Shown one piece after another: positions 37,301 through 47,150 of a stretch of DNA of 64,000 bases; position 1 is the stretch's first letter, and each line of letters starts with the position of its first letter. The stretch is from an uncultured delta proteobacterium (GTDB lineage: Bacteria; Myxococcota_A; Polyangia; Polyangiales; Polyangiaceae): the NCBI GenBank assembly GCA_963716725.1, contig CAVQUB010000018.1, positions 1 to 64,000 on the forward strand, written 5' to 3'. The notes under the pieces were generated by a model, which saw only the letters and a list, made by a program, of their open reading frames with translations, was not told where the DNA came from and did no database searches. A program made the position numbers and the translations under genes.

Positions 37301-39085
37301 TCAGCGCTTCGAGCGCCGCGATCGCCCGAGGCGCCGGAGCGGCAGCGCGACGGCGGAAAAAAGCAGGAAAAGCGCGCTGACGCGGAGCCGGCGGGGTCGG
37401 CTGCGGATCGAGCAATCGCCGCCGCTGGACCCCGACCCGCAGCTGTCCCCGCCTCCGGCGTCGCCTCCGGAGCAAGTGTCCCCTTCGGCGCCGGACCCCG
37501 AGTCTCCACCACAAGTGTCAGCATCCCCATTCCCGGTGGAGTCGCCCGCGCAGGTGTCGCCTTCGTCACCCGCGCCTGTCGAGTCGCCGCCGCAGGTATC
37601 ACCGTCATCGGAGCTCGAATCGCCGCTGCAACCGTCGTCGGATCCGTTGGAGCTGCTGCCGTTGCACGACTCCACGAATTGAACCCCACAGCTCACGTCG
37701 ACCCGCGGCTCGGGAGTCGGATCGGGCTCCCAGTACCCCGTGCTCGCGCCGTAGCCGCCTTGGGCTCCGTCGCCGCCGTAGCCCGCGCCGCCGGTAGTGC
37801 CTCCGGAGCCCGTGCCGCCGCCGACCCCACTGGTGCAGCCCGTCGTATTTTGGGTGGCTGCCGTCACCAGCAACGACACGGGGGGTCCTTGGGTCAGGGC
37901 GAGGGCTGCGGCATCCGGAGAGTTCGGGCCGGCGATGGTCGCGTGTCGGGTGATGCTGACCAAGTCTGCGCGCATCCCGGCGAGTGCGAAGGCGATGTCA
38001 TCGGCTCCGCCGCATCGCAGCGACGCGACGGAGATCTCCCCAGCCCCGGGCGCCTCGGTGCAGGCCGGCGCGCCGGCGAGATCTGGAACCGAGACGAGGG
38101 CTCCCGCGGCGCACGCGCGAGCAAGACGGGCACCGGTCTTGCCCGCAGCGATCGCGTCCCAAACCGGCGCGACGCAGAGGTCCGAGGGCGAGACTCCGGC
38201 GACCTCTTTCTTGGCCTTCTCGAAGTAGCTCTTCACGCCAGGCGCGAGGGCGCCGGCGCCCGCAGGCAGGACCGTCCAGCCGAAGAGCGGTGTGCTGCCG
38301 CTGCTCTCGATCACCGAGAGAGCGCCTTGTTTCGCCAGGAGCTCGGTGCGGCGGTCCTGCACGTAGCTGCTGATCCCGTCGACCGATAGCCACTCGTTTC
38401 CGACCTCGCTCGCGCCGATCTCTTCCACCCCGGCCACCCAACCCGCTCGGCCCTCCGCGATGCTGAACAGCGTCACGTCCGGCGAAGCGTCGGAGGCAAG
38501 GAGTGCGATGTGAGGCGACGGACTCGCCGTCGGCTGGGCGATCCGGAGCGGCTCCGAAATGCCTTTTTCCTGGCCCAGATCGTACACAACGGCGACGAAG
38601 CGCGGGGCCCCTGTCGCTGCCAGCGCCGCGACGTCGTCGTTGTCCAGACTGACTCCTTGCTGAATGGCGAAGGACCCGACCTGCGTGAGATCGTCGAGCA
38701 CGGCGATGGTGCTCGGAGCCAGGGAGCTCTCGGGACTCGAGCTCGTGTTCTCGAGGGAGCCCTCGTGAGTCGCTCCGCAAACAAGCACGGGCTTGGGAGG
38801 GCGAATGCGCGGAGCCGTCACGCCGTCGATGGCGAAGAAGAACGCTTCGAGGGACGGATCCACCCTGGTGCCCGGGGCGACGGGCAGCACCACGACGAGC
38901 CGCCCGGGACCGCCCTCGACACCGAGCGAGAGCCACTGGGTCGTCCACAGGGGAGCGCGGGCAATGGCGACGCGCGACGAGCTGACGAAGATTGTCCCGT
39001 CGGAAGCGGTGAGCACCCTGCCCGCGCCCTGCGCTGAACTCGCCGCTAGTACTAGCGCCAAAGAGAAAGCAACCCGACGAACCAT
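37301..39085 (-). CDS. Secreted DUF2330-like surface protein with a Gly/Asp/Cys stalk and MYXO-CTERM-like tail
   Basis: Start MVRRVAFSLALVLAASSAQG (upstream part of ORF 37301..40513 is shadow); VVLPVAPG...FFAIDGVTAPRI; tail GGDCSIRSRPRRLRVSALFLLFSAVALPLRR. Confidence 0.7.
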   Translation of the reverse strand: MVRRVAFSLALVLAASSAQGAGRVLTASDGTIFVSSSRVAIARAPLWTTQWLSLGVEGGPGRLVVVLPVAPGTRVDPSLEAFFFAIDGVTAPRIRPPKPVLVCGATHEGSLENTSSSPESSLAPSTIAVLDDLTQVGSFAIQQGVSLDNDDVAALAATGAPRFVAVVYDLGQEKGISEPLRIAQPTASPSPHIALLASDASPDVTLFSIAEGRAGWVAGVEEIGASEVGNEWLSVDGISSYVQDRRTELLAKQGALSVIESSGSTPLFGWTVLPAGAGALAPGVKSYFEKAKKEVAGVSPSDLCVAPVWDAIAAGKTGARLARACAAGALVSVPDLAGAPACTEAPGAGEISVASLRCGGADDIAFALAGMRADLVSITRHATIAGPNSPDAAALALTQGPPVSLLVTAATQNTTGCTSGVGGGTGSGGTTGGAGYGGDGAQGGYGASTGYWEPDPTPEPRVDVSCGVQFVESCNGSSSNGSDDGCSGDSSSDDGDTCGGDSTGAGDEGDTCAGDSTGNGDADTCGGDSGSGAEGDTCSGGDAGGGDSCGSGSSGGDCSIRSRPRRLRVSALFLLFSAVALPLRRLGRSRRSKR

Positions 39086-39209
39086 GCCACTCGCGTCCAG
39101 AGCAACGATCGTGCCGCGAGGGGATCCGCGGGGCACACGGGCGACTTCTCGGTCCCGCGTGAACGCCGGTTGGCCGTCGAGCCTGTGCGCCTGCTGCGTC
39201 ACCCGGCGC

Positions 39210-39898
39210 TCACTTGGGCGCGCACGTCGCATAGCCCGGGGGCAACGCCGAATCTGGCGAGCATGCCGTCCCGGACGCGCAGGCCTTGCCCCCGGGATGA
39301 CACACCTCGCGCCGCGTCGCACCCACTCGGTCGCTGGTGCAGGTCTCCCGACATTCGAGCAGGTCCCAGATGGAGGACACGAGGCCCTTCTCGGCGCAAC
39401 ACACCTTGCCCGCTGAGCAGTCTTCGGGTCCGTCGCACTTGATCTCCGATCTCGTGGCAGACGACGCCGCTGCATTTGCACGGATTCGAGAGCTTCGTGT
39501 TCGAGCAGTACAGCGGCTTGCCGTCCGCCTTGCAGCAGGCGTCGCCGGCGCTGAAGGCGCAGCTGAGGGCGCCGCAAGGCCCGGTGCCGATGCCCGGCGG
39601 ACCTCCGCCGCTGCCTCCGCCCGTGCCTCCACCGCTGGACGTCGCTCCCGTGCCGCCGCTTCCCCCACTGCCACCGGTGGCGGCCGAAGCGCCGCTGCCG
39701 GCCGCACCGCCGGACGCCATGCCCGCGGCGCCGCCGCTCGCGCTGCCCCCGGATCCGGCGCCGCCACCAACGCTGGTTCCCGCCGCGCCGCCCGCTCCGC
39801 CTTTGGCCGTGCTGTAGAGCCCGCCTTCTTCGGAGCCGCCGCAGGCCGCGACGCAGGCGCCCGCCGCGAGAAACAGCATGCGAGCCATCACCGCCATC
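39210..39898 (-). pseudogene. Cys-rich lipoprotein split by a +1 frameshift at ~39447 (possibly a sequencing error)
   Basis: N-part ...ACVAACGG, Gly linker, CGALSC...CHEI; removing one G continues EIKCDGPEDCSAGKVCC...YATCAPK in ORF 39210..39770. Confidence 0.7.
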
Positions 39899-39970
39899 GC
39901 CCACGAATCCTGGCCCGAAGCCGGGCCGGAAGCAACCGACCTCGGAGCCAACTCGGCGTAAGCTGCCCGC

Positions 39971-40846
39971 GTGGACTACGTCGGACGCATCTATCGGCCG
40001 CCCAGCGAGAGCGGGAGCCTGCTCCTGCAAGTCACGGTCGGGTGCAGCCACAACCGCTGCTCGTTCTGTGACATGTACCGTGACAAGGCTTTTCGAGCCA
40101 AGCCGCGGGAGCAGATCGAGCACGATCTCGTCGAGGCCAGCGGGCTCGGCCCCGGCGTCTCGCGCGTCTTCTTGTGCGACGGCGATGCGTTGATCCTCTC
40201 CACCGCGCGCTTGATCGAAATCCTGAGCTCCATCCGCAAACACCTGCCCTGGGTCCAGCGCGTGGGCACCTACGGGGACACGCGCAGCGTGGGAAAGAAG
40301 AGCCCCGCGGAGCTGCGCGAACTCGCGGACGCCGGGCTCGGCATCGTCTATCACGGGGTCGAGAGCGGGAACGACGAAGTGCTGGCCTTCATCGACAAAG
40401 GTGGCACCCGCGAGCAGTGCATCGCAACAGCAGGCAAGTTGCGCGACGCCGGCATCGTGCACTCGGTGATCGTTCTGCTCGGCATCGGTGGTACGCGCTG
40501 GTCGGAGGCGCACGCTCGAGACACCGCCACGGCGCTCACCGCAATGGACCCACCCTACGTCGGGGCGCTCACGACCACCGTCGTGCCGGGAACGCCGCTG
40601 GCCGCCGCAGAGGCCCGAGGTGAGTTCACGCTACCGAGCAAGTTCGCCTTGCTCCGCGAGCTGGGCACCCTGGTCAGCGAGAGTGAGCTGTCCGCGTGCC
40701 GGTTCTCGTCGAACCACGCCAGCAACTATTTGCCCGTGCGGGCTGAGCTGCCGCGTGACAAGGACGAGCTGGTGCGCATTCTCTCGGCGCTGATCGCCGA
40801 GGGAGACGAGTCGCGACTGAAGCCCGAGTGGATGCGGGGCCTCTGA
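39971..40846 (+). CDS. Radical SAM protein, function unknown
   Basis: IYRPPSE, QVTVGCSHNRCSFCDMY (CxxxCxxC), FLCDGDAL, GVESG, SNHASNY. Confidence 0.9.
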   Translation: MDYVGRIYRPPSESGSLLLQVTVGCSHNRCSFCDMYRDKAFRAKPREQIEHDLVEASGLGPGVSRVFLCDGDALILSTARLIEILSSIRKHLPWVQRVGTYGDTRSVGKKSPAELRELADAGLGIVYHGVESGNDEVLAFIDKGGTREQCIATAGKLRDAGIVHSVIVLLGIGGTRWSEAHARDTATALTAMDPPYVGALTTTVVPGTPLAAAEARGEFTLPSKFALLRELGTLVSESELSACRFSSNHASNYLPVRAELPRDKDELVRILSALIAEGDESRLKPEWMRGL

Positions 40847-40852
40847 ACGCGC

Positions 40853-41623
40853 TCAGCACTTCTCGGCGAAGGTGAACATGTACTGGTAGGGCAGCCCGTC
40901 GAAGGACGCGCATCGGAGGTAACCAGCCGCGATCATCTCCTTGTCCACGACCTCGGGGGCGAGCTTGTGGTCGTCGGGAGGCCCGACGGGCAGCTGGCCC
41001 ATCTTGAAGTCGACGATCACCACGCGCCCTCCCGGCGCCAGGCGCTCGCGGACGCGCCGGAAGTACTGGGTGCGTTCGCCGATGTGGTGGTACGTGTCGA
41101 CGACGAGCACCACGTTCACGCCGCTGGGCAGTCGGGGGTCGGACGCGCTCCCTAGGATGACCTCCACGTTGGCGGTTCCCTCGCGCTCGGCGCGCTTCAA
41201 CATGAAGTCGATCAGCTTCGGCTCGATGTCGATGGCCAACACCTTGCCCTTGGGCACCACCCGCGCGAGTCGCGCCGCAAAGTAGCCGGTGCCAGCGCCG
41301 ATGTCCGCCACGACGTCGGAGGCCGCCAGTCGCAGCTCGGCCACCACCGCGTCAGGCTTCTGCCACGCGTCGCGCTTCGGATCGTCGAAGACCTTCGACC
41401 AGCGCTCGGGGTCGTTGAAGCGGTGGTTGGCCGTCCCAGAGGAGTGCCCGTGACCCGCCGAGTTTCGCTCATGATGACCCGGCTCGTGTCCCTGGGGCGG
41501 CCCTGCGTGGGGGTGGCCCGCGGCGGGCCCCGAACTGGCAGCCTCAGGCGTCTCGGGCGCTGCCGCCGGTCCGCAGCGGACCAAAGCCAGGAGCGTGACG
41601 ATGGAAATGGCTCGTCGCAACAT
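40853..41623 (-). CDS. Class I SAM-dependent methyltransferase, probably exported
   Basis: RDAWQKP, VADIGAGTGYF, VDTYHHI, PGGRVVIVDF; N-terminal signal/lipobox-like sequence and His-rich linker. Confidence 0.88.
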   Translation of the reverse strand: MLRRAISIVTLLALVRCGPAAAPETPEAASSGPAAGHPHAGPPQGHEPGHHERNSAGHGHSSGTANHRFNDPERWSKVFDDPKRDAWQKPDAVVAELRLAASDVVADIGAGTGYFAARLARVVPKGKVLAIDIEPKLIDFMLKRAEREGTANVEVILGSASDPRLPSGVNVVLVVDTYHHIGERTQYFRRVRERLAPGGRVVIVDFKMGQLPVGPPDDHKLAPEVVDKEMIAAGYLRCASFDGLPYQYMFTFAEKC

Positions 41624-41658
41624 GGGCACGGTCGATAGCACGTCCCGCGCGCGCCGAC

Positions 41659-43113
41659 TCACGCCCCGAGGCGCTTCTCGAGTCTTTCGATCTCGCGGTT
41701 TGCGTCGAGGAATCGTTCGGCCAGAGCCGTCACGAAGGTCCGCATCCAAGAGCGTTGCCCGCACTCTTGCTCCAGCGCGTCGAGCGTGATCTCCATCACC
41801 TCGACGTCGTCAATGGCCACGACGCTGGCCGCACGCGGCTGATCGGTGAAGATGCTGGTCTCGCCGAAGGCCTCGCCGGCACCCATCATCCGCAGCGACT
41901 GCCGCTTTCCGTCGGCGATCTTGTAGGCCTCGCAGCGGCCGCTGTTGATGATGTACGCCGCATCCGGGCGCTCGCCCTCACGCACGATGACCGTGCCGGC
42001 CCGGAGTTCGAGCGTGCGAAACCAGCCTCCGCCGCGCAAAAAGTCGGACACCGCACCCTTGAGCGCGTCGACGCTCGGATAGCGTTGCGACTGTTCAGCG
42101 GACAGCGCCTTCATTGTGATCCGACACAGCCCCGGCGGAAGGCGGAGCGCAGCCACTACTTGGCTAGGCGGGTCGATGTCGCCACGGAGGCTCTTCTCGA
42201 TGGCTTGCTGGGAGCTCTCGGCGGCATGGGGCGCTCGATTCGTGAGGATCCGATACAGGATGCCACCCAGGCCGAATACGTCTGTGCGCTCGTCGATCTC
42301 GGAGACCTTGCCTCGCGCCTGCTCCGGCGCCATGTACGCCGGCGTGCCGATGACGGATCGCGACAGCTCGTAGGACGCGACACCGATGCCCCGAAGCGCT
42401 CCGCTGTCGAGGCCAAAGTCCGACGGCCGGACGCCGGCCGCGAGGCGCGCGATGCCCCAATCCATCAGGTAGACCTGGCCGTGACTCCCGACCATCACGT
42501 TGTCGGGCTTCAGATCGCGGTGAATCACGCCACGGCTGTGCGCAAAGGCCACCGCGTCGCAGAGCTTGAGGAATACCTGCAAGAGCCCTTCGATATGGGC
42601 GCCCGTGAGCTGTTCCGTGTGGGCCTGGGTCACCAGCTCTTTGAGCGTCTTGCCCCGCACCAGCTTCATGGTGAAGGTCGTCGCGGCGCCCGTCTCATCC
42701 ACGCCGATGTCGTGAACCGGAACGATGTTCGGGTGATCGAGCTGACCGGTGATCTGCGCTTCTTCCAGAAACCGCGTCGCGGCGTCGGGCAGCAGGCGCA
42801 CGCTCGGGTGCAGACGTTTCTCGGCCACGGTGCGCAACAGCGCGCGGTCGAACACCCGGTGCACGCTGCCCATGCCGCCGCGACCGATCTCGCCCTGGTC
42901 TTGGAACCGCTCTTCTCTCGCGGTCGGCACGGGGTCGGAACGGTCCGACGCGGGAGAGTCCGCGCCGCCCTGGACCCTCACGCTGTCGGAGCCGTCGGCG
43001 TCGAGGGCCAAGGTGTCGAAATCTGCAGCCGTAGAGGGCTGCTCCCGGGGCTGTGCCGCCGCGCTGCTGGGGCCGACGCGGCCGATGTCGCGTGTCGCCT
43101 CGTCCTTGCTCAC
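41659..43113 (-). CDS. Ser/Thr protein kinase with a C-terminal cyclic-nucleotide-binding domain
   Basis: [38 protein letters not shown]...AYIINSG...GEAFGETSIFTDQPRAASVVA; GTG start overlaps the upstream TGA. Confidence 0.9.
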   Translation of the reverse strand: MSKDEATRDIGRVGPSSAAAQPREQPSTAADFDTLALDADGSDSVRVQGGADSPASDRSDPVPTAREERFQDQGEIGRGGMGSVHRVFDRALLRTVAEKRLHPSVRLLPDAATRFLEEAQITGQLDHPNIVPVHDIGVDETGAATTFTMKLVRGKTLKELVTQAHTEQLTGAHIEGLLQVFLKLCDAVAFAHSRGVIHRDLKPDNVMVGSHGQVYLMDWGIARLAAGVRPSDFGLDSGALRGIGVASYELSRSVIGTPAYMAPEQARGKVSEIDERTDVFGLGGILYRILTNRAPHAAESSQQAIEKSLRGDIDPPSQVVAALRLPPGLCRITMKALSAEQSQRYPSVDALKGAVSDFLRGGGWFRTLELRAGTVIVREGERPDAAYIINSGRCEAYKIADGKRQSLRMMGAGEAFGETSIFTDQPRAASVVAIDDVEVMEITLDALEQECGQRSWMRTFVTALAERFLDANREIERLEKRLGA

Positions 43114-44126
43114 ACTGCACCTCCACCCGCGCCGAAGTGGCGGTCCAAGAAGGCATAGGTGTGGGCCCAGCAGCGCCGCGCGTTCGCGGTGAAGACCAAG
43201 GCGTGAAAGGCGTGCAGTTCGCCTTGATAGTAGCGGGCCTCGCACTCGACGCCCATCTCGTCGAGGGCGCGTGCGAGCCGCTGGGTGTCGTCGATCAGCG
43301 GGTCGGAGGTCCCGCAGGGCGCGAAGAAGGCAGGGAGGGGCCGCTGGGGGACGTCGCCGCGTTCGAGGACGACCAAGGGGTCCGCCAGCTCGAGCTGCTC
43401 CGGTTGGTGGCGCTGAACGTCCCCGAGGTACGACTCACGGACCTCGCTCAATCGATCGTGGATGAAGCCGCTCATGTGGGGCCAACGGCGGCGGAAGCGC
43501 TGCACGTCGCTGACGTGGTAGATGCCGCAGGCCGCCACCACCGCCTTGGGACGGATGCCGCTGTCGAAGACCCGAGCCGCCCAGGGCTCGCTGCGCCGAT
43601 AGCTGCTCATCAGCGCCAGCGAAGTGACCAGGTTCGCGCCGGCGCTCTCACCGGCGAAGGCCAGGCGGTCCAGATCACCCCCGTAGCGGGCCGCGTTCTG
43701 TCGAACCCACTCGAGCGCCGCGGCAACGTCCTGCACTGCTGCGGGAAAGCGGTGTCGCGGAGCCAAACGGTAGCTCACGTTGAACACCAAGTAGCCTCGG
43801 CGGGCAAAGGCGAGGCCCATGACCCAGTGGGTGTCCTTGCTCAAGATGCGGAAACCGCCGCCGTGCACGTAGAGCACCACCGGAACTCGATCGAGCTCGC
43901 CGCGCGCGAGCCCTCGAGGCCGGTAGATGTCGAGGCGGTGCTCGGCGAGGCCGCTATCGTCGTACGCGACGTCGCGGATCACCTCGACGTCGTGGCGTTC
44001 TGGGCGCGCCTTCGGATGAAGCTGCCCTAGGCGAGACAACCCACGAAAGAAATTGTCGACGAGCAGCGAGCCGGCATTTCGGCGAAGCCGGGTCGGCAGG
44101 CGGCGCAGCGGTCCTGTGGGTGCCAC
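43110..44126 (-). CDS. Alpha/beta hydrolase (HSL family esterase)
   Basis: HGGGF, YRLAP, GESAG, DPL, HAF; start uncertain. Confidence 0.9.
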   Translation of the reverse strand: MAPTGPLRRLPTRLRRNAGSLLVDNFFRGLSRLGQLHPKARPERHDVEVIRDVAYDDSGLAEHRLDIYRPRGLARGELDRVPVVLYVHGGGFRILSKDTHWVMGLAFARRGYLVFNVSYRLAPRHRFPAAVQDVAAALEWVRQNAARYGGDLDRLAFAGESAGANLVTSLALMSSYRRSEPWAARVFDSGIRPKAVVAACGIYHVSDVQRFRRRWPHMSGFIHDRLSEVRESYLGDVQRHQPEQLELADPLVVLERGDVPQRPLPAFFAPCGTSDPLIDDTQRLARALDEMGVECEARYYQGELHAFHALVFTANARRCWAHTYAFLDRHFGAGGGAV

Positions 44127-44163
44127 GCCAGCGAGTGTAGGACGGTTTTCGGAGCGGCGACAG

Positions 44164-44631
44164 TCAACCGACCCGCGACCAGACCGCACTCTGGTCGCCG
44201 CGGTAGCAGACGTCCCCTTCGTGCACGAACTCGAATTGGTAGCGCACCAAGTGGCGCGAGCGACCGAGGCGGACCTTGGCGGCCGTGCATGCGCACTCAA
44301 TGGGCGTACCCGGCGGCACGAGCTTGCGGAAGGTCGCGCCGTGGATGTGCGTGCCGTAGCCGATCCAGCCCTCACCGTGCCGGAGGCCAATCAGGTAGTA
44401 GGCGTGGACGAAACCGAGCATGCCCGTGGCGTGGATCATCGCGGCACCTGCGACGTGACGCGGGTGGCGCTCGGGGTGCGCGCGCTGGTCCACCGTGAAG
44501 GGGATGGGTCGATCCGTCGGCATGCGGCAGACGACGCGTCCCTTGGTCGCATCGACCTCGAGCAGCTCGTCGAACATGAGGACCGACGGATCGTAGGGCA
44601 GGTCGGCGAGGAATTCAGGATCGAAGGGCAT
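44164..44631 (-). CDS. Hotdog-fold FabA/FabZ-like protein
   Basis: LPYDPSVLMFDELLEVD, HVAGAAMIH, ATFRKLVPPG. Confidence 0.7.
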   Translation of the reverse strand: MPFDPEFLADLPYDPSVLMFDELLEVDATKGRVVCRMPTDRPIPFTVDQRAHPERHPRHVAGAAMIHATGMLGFVHAYYLIGLRHGEGWIGYGTHIHGATFRKLVPPGTPIECACTAAKVRLGRSRHLVRYQFEFVHEGDVCYRGDQSAVWSRVG

Positions 44632-45047
44632 CACTCCCCCGCGACGTGCACGACCAGGCGACGCTGATGAGTGCGCGCTCGGTGCTCCCACAGGTAGAGC
44701 GCCTGCCAGGTCCCCAGCGCCAGCCGACCGGCGGTCACCGGGATGGTCTCGGAGGTCTTGGTCACCGCGGCCCGGGCGTGCGCCGGCATGTCGTCGGGGC
44801 CTTCCTCCGCATGCCGCCAGCGCCGGGACTCGGGAGCCAGCTCCCCCATCCACTCGGTCAGGTCGACCAGCACGTTGCGGTCGGCGTTTTCCTGAATCAC
44901 CAGGCTGGCCGAGGTGTGCTGCACAAACACCGTGCACAGCCCGACGCCAATCTTGCTGCCGTCGACAACCGCTTGGACGGCCCGCGTCACGTCGGACAAG
45001 CCGCGAGCCGTAGTGCGAACCTCGATGGTCTCCTGGTGTACCGCCAC
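44631..45047 (-). CDS. yjbQ: YjbQ/UPF0047 family protein
   Basis: HTSASLVIQENAD, HAEEGPDDMPAH, LGTWQALYLWEHR. Confidence 0.9.
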   Translation of the reverse strand: MAVHQETIEVRTTARGLSDVTRAVQAVVDGSKIGVGLCTVFVQHTSASLVIQENADRNVLVDLTEWMGELAPESRRWRHAEEGPDDMPAHARAAVTKTSETIPVTAGRLALGTWQALYLWEHRARTHQRRLVVHVAGE

Positions 45048-45090
45048 GGGCGGGTCGTATGCGATGATTGCCGCCCAAGCAAGCCCCCTC

Positions 45091-46029
45091 ATGCGACGAG
45101 TGACCAACGAGATCGGTGCGCTGGTGCAGCGTGCCGAACAGGCGACCGTGGACTTCCTGGATCGAGGTCCAGCCAGGCGCGGCTTCTACTCGCTGTGGAA
45201 GGGCATGGCGCTGCACAACGCAGGCCGCGTCGCCAGCGCCATGGCCTTCAATCTCTTCTTGGCGGCCATCCCCATGCTGGCGCTCGGGGGCTATCTCGCC
45301 GCCACGCTGCTCAGGCAGAGCCAAGACGCGCTGGATCTGATGTCGCTCTACATGGACCTCAGTCCGCTCGAGGTCCACCAGATCGTGCAGCGACACTTCA
45401 AGCGCTTCTCCGGCGGCGCGGTGGCCCCCGTCGCCATACTCGGTTCGCTCTGGCTCGCCTCGAACGCCTTCTACATGCTGATGAGCGTGTTCGAACGCGC
45501 GGTGCGCGCCGCGCCCCGTGCGTGGTGGAAGAAGCGGCTCATCGCCATCGCGTGCGTCCTGGCCACCAACTTGATCTTCGCGGCGACGACCGTTGCGGCG
45601 GTCACGATCACCGGCGGGCCCTCGAAGCTGCTTTCTTTCCTGCGCACGGGCGACGAGCTGGTGGGCCCCCTCGAACGCGCCGTGAGCATCGGAGTCGCCC
45701 TGCTGGGCGCTACCGGCGCTCTCGCGCTCTTCTTCCGCGTCGCGGTGAATCGGCCCGGCCTGAACCGTCGCATCTGGCCCGGAGCCGTCGCCACCGTCGC
45801 CCTCGGCGGATTGGCCTCGAGTGCGTTCGCTGTCTACGCCTCCAGCATCCAGAGCTTCGCGGTCTTCTACGGAAGCCTCGCGGCCGTCGCCATCGCGCTC
45901 GCCTGGCTCTGGATCTGGTGCGCCGCGCTCTTGCTCGGCGCAGAGCTGAACGCTCAACTCGAAGGCGGCGACCGAATCGCGCCGCCGAGCACGGTCCGCA
46001 TGGCGATGCGCGCGAGACGAAACGCCTGA
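45091..46029 (+). CDS. YihY/BrkB family membrane protein
   Basis: ASAMAFNLFLAAIP, SLWLAS, WPGA, YGSLAAV...LWIW...LLGAELN. Confidence 0.88.
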   Translation: MRRVTNEIGALVQRAEQATVDFLDRGPARRGFYSLWKGMALHNAGRVASAMAFNLFLAAIPMLALGGYLAATLLRQSQDALDLMSLYMDLSPLEVHQIVQRHFKRFSGGAVAPVAILGSLWLASNAFYMLMSVFERAVRAAPRAWWKKRLIAIACVLATNLIFAATTVAAVTITGGPSKLLSFLRTGDELVGPLERAVSIGVALLGATGALALFFRVAVNRPGLNRRIWPGAVATVALGGLASSAFAVYASSIQSFAVFYGSLAAVAIALAWLWIWCAALLLGAELNAQLEGGDRIAPPSTVRMAMRARRNA

Positions 46030-46041
46030 GGCCGACCGGAG

Positions 46042-46989
46042 TCAGCCGCCGTCGCCCAAGCCGCCGAGCCCGCAGATGCCGAAGCCCTTCGGCAAGCCGG
46101 CGACGGCGAGGCACTTGCCCGTGCCGCAATCGGCGGTGCCACTGGTGGTCGAGCAGAGCTTGAGGCAAGCGTTCGTCGTCTTGGAGCAGACGAAGCCCGC
46201 GGCGCAGGGGCAGGGCTCGCCGGCGCGACCTTTGCCGGGCGGGACGCAGCTGGTGGTCCCGTCGTCCTTGACCACCGCGCAGGCCGTTCCCGCCTGGCAC
46301 TTGCATTGTTTGTTGGTTGGACAGGGATAGGGATCGTCGAGGCTGCAATCGTCTGCGGGAACACAGACGGGCACGCCGATCGCGGTCTTTCCGGACGCTC
46401 CTTGCAGCGGTCGCTCCGCGCAGTAGGCGCCGGCGGCGCAGGTCGTCGCTTGCGCGCAGCAATAGGGTCGACACGCCGCGGTGGATCCCTCACTCACGCA
46501 CGCCAGTCCGGGAGCGCAGTCGCCACCATCGACGCAGGGCGACCCGCCCTCGCCGCTGCCAGCGGGTTGGCACGCACTCGTGGGCTGCCCGTTCGTCGAG
46601 GTGACGCCGCACCCGAGCTTGGCCGGGGGCTCCGGGGCCGCATCTGAGCCGCCGTCGGGAGTCGACGCTTCCGCGGCGTCGCTGCCTGGGTCTGCGCCGC
46701 CTTCGATCGCGGCGCACTCGAGAGGGTTCGGATCGTCGGGCAGGCAGCTACCCGCCCCGCACAGCAGATGGGTCGTCGGCGGCTTGGCATCCGGCGCGGC
46801 CTCGGGCACCGGCACGTCGGCGACGATTTGATCGCGCCCGGCGTCTTCCGGATTGCACGACGGGCCGACGCAACTGCCGCCCGTTCCGGCTCCAGCTTCG
46901 TCCGAAACCGAGGCGCAGCTGGCGGAGGCTCCCAGGGCCAGCGCGCCCAGCGCACCCGCGACGGTCAAAGACAGGAATGAAAGGCGCAT
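46042..46989 (-). CDS. Cys-rich secreted protein or lipoprotein
   Basis: Signal peptide; many C-x-x-G-x-x-C units (CAPGLAC, CRPYCC, CAAGFVC). Confidence 0.75.
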   Translation of the reverse strand: MRLSFLSLTVAGALGALALGASASCASVSDEAGAGTGGSCVGPSCNPEDAGRDQIVADVPVPEAAPDAKPPTTHLLCGAGSCLPDDPNPLECAAIEGGADPGSDAAEASTPDGGSDAAPEPPAKLGCGVTSTNGQPTSACQPAGSGEGGSPCVDGGDCAPGLACVSEGSTAACRPYCCAQATTCAAGAYCAERPLQGASGKTAIGVPVCVPADDCSLDDPYPCPTNKQCKCQAGTACAVVKDDGTTSCVPPGKGRAGEPCPCAAGFVCSKTTNACLKLCSTTSGTADCGTGKCLAVAGLPKGFGICGLGGLGDGG

Positions 46990-47026
46990 CAGAAGAAGCC
47001 AACGTGAATGTAGCAGGGCTCGAGGG

Positions 47027-47042
47027 AGCACGCCGCGTGCCG
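47027..47042 (-). promoter_or_regulatory. Candidate sigma54 promoter for 46042..46989
   Basis: Minus strand CGGCACGCGGCGTGCT = GG-N10-GC with GGCACG, 38 bp upstream of the ATG. Confidence 0.45.
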
Positions 47043-47150
47043 CAGCATGAAAATTCCTGACGCAGCCGCGGCCGGCGTCTCCTTGGCACCTTAGAGCGAG
47101 GTCCGGGCGGCCGGACCCCTGACATTGCTGTCAGGGAGTCGGCGAGGCGT

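Noticed and set aside
37301..40513. 1070-aa ORF as one protein
   Set aside because: The first ~476 codons are antisense to the radical SAM gene and out of frame with the Cys-rich lipoprotein; a clean signal peptide starts at 39085
44164..45957. 597-aa ORF
   Set aside because: Only the last 155 aa (from ATG 44631) look like a protein; the rest shadows yihY and yjbQ
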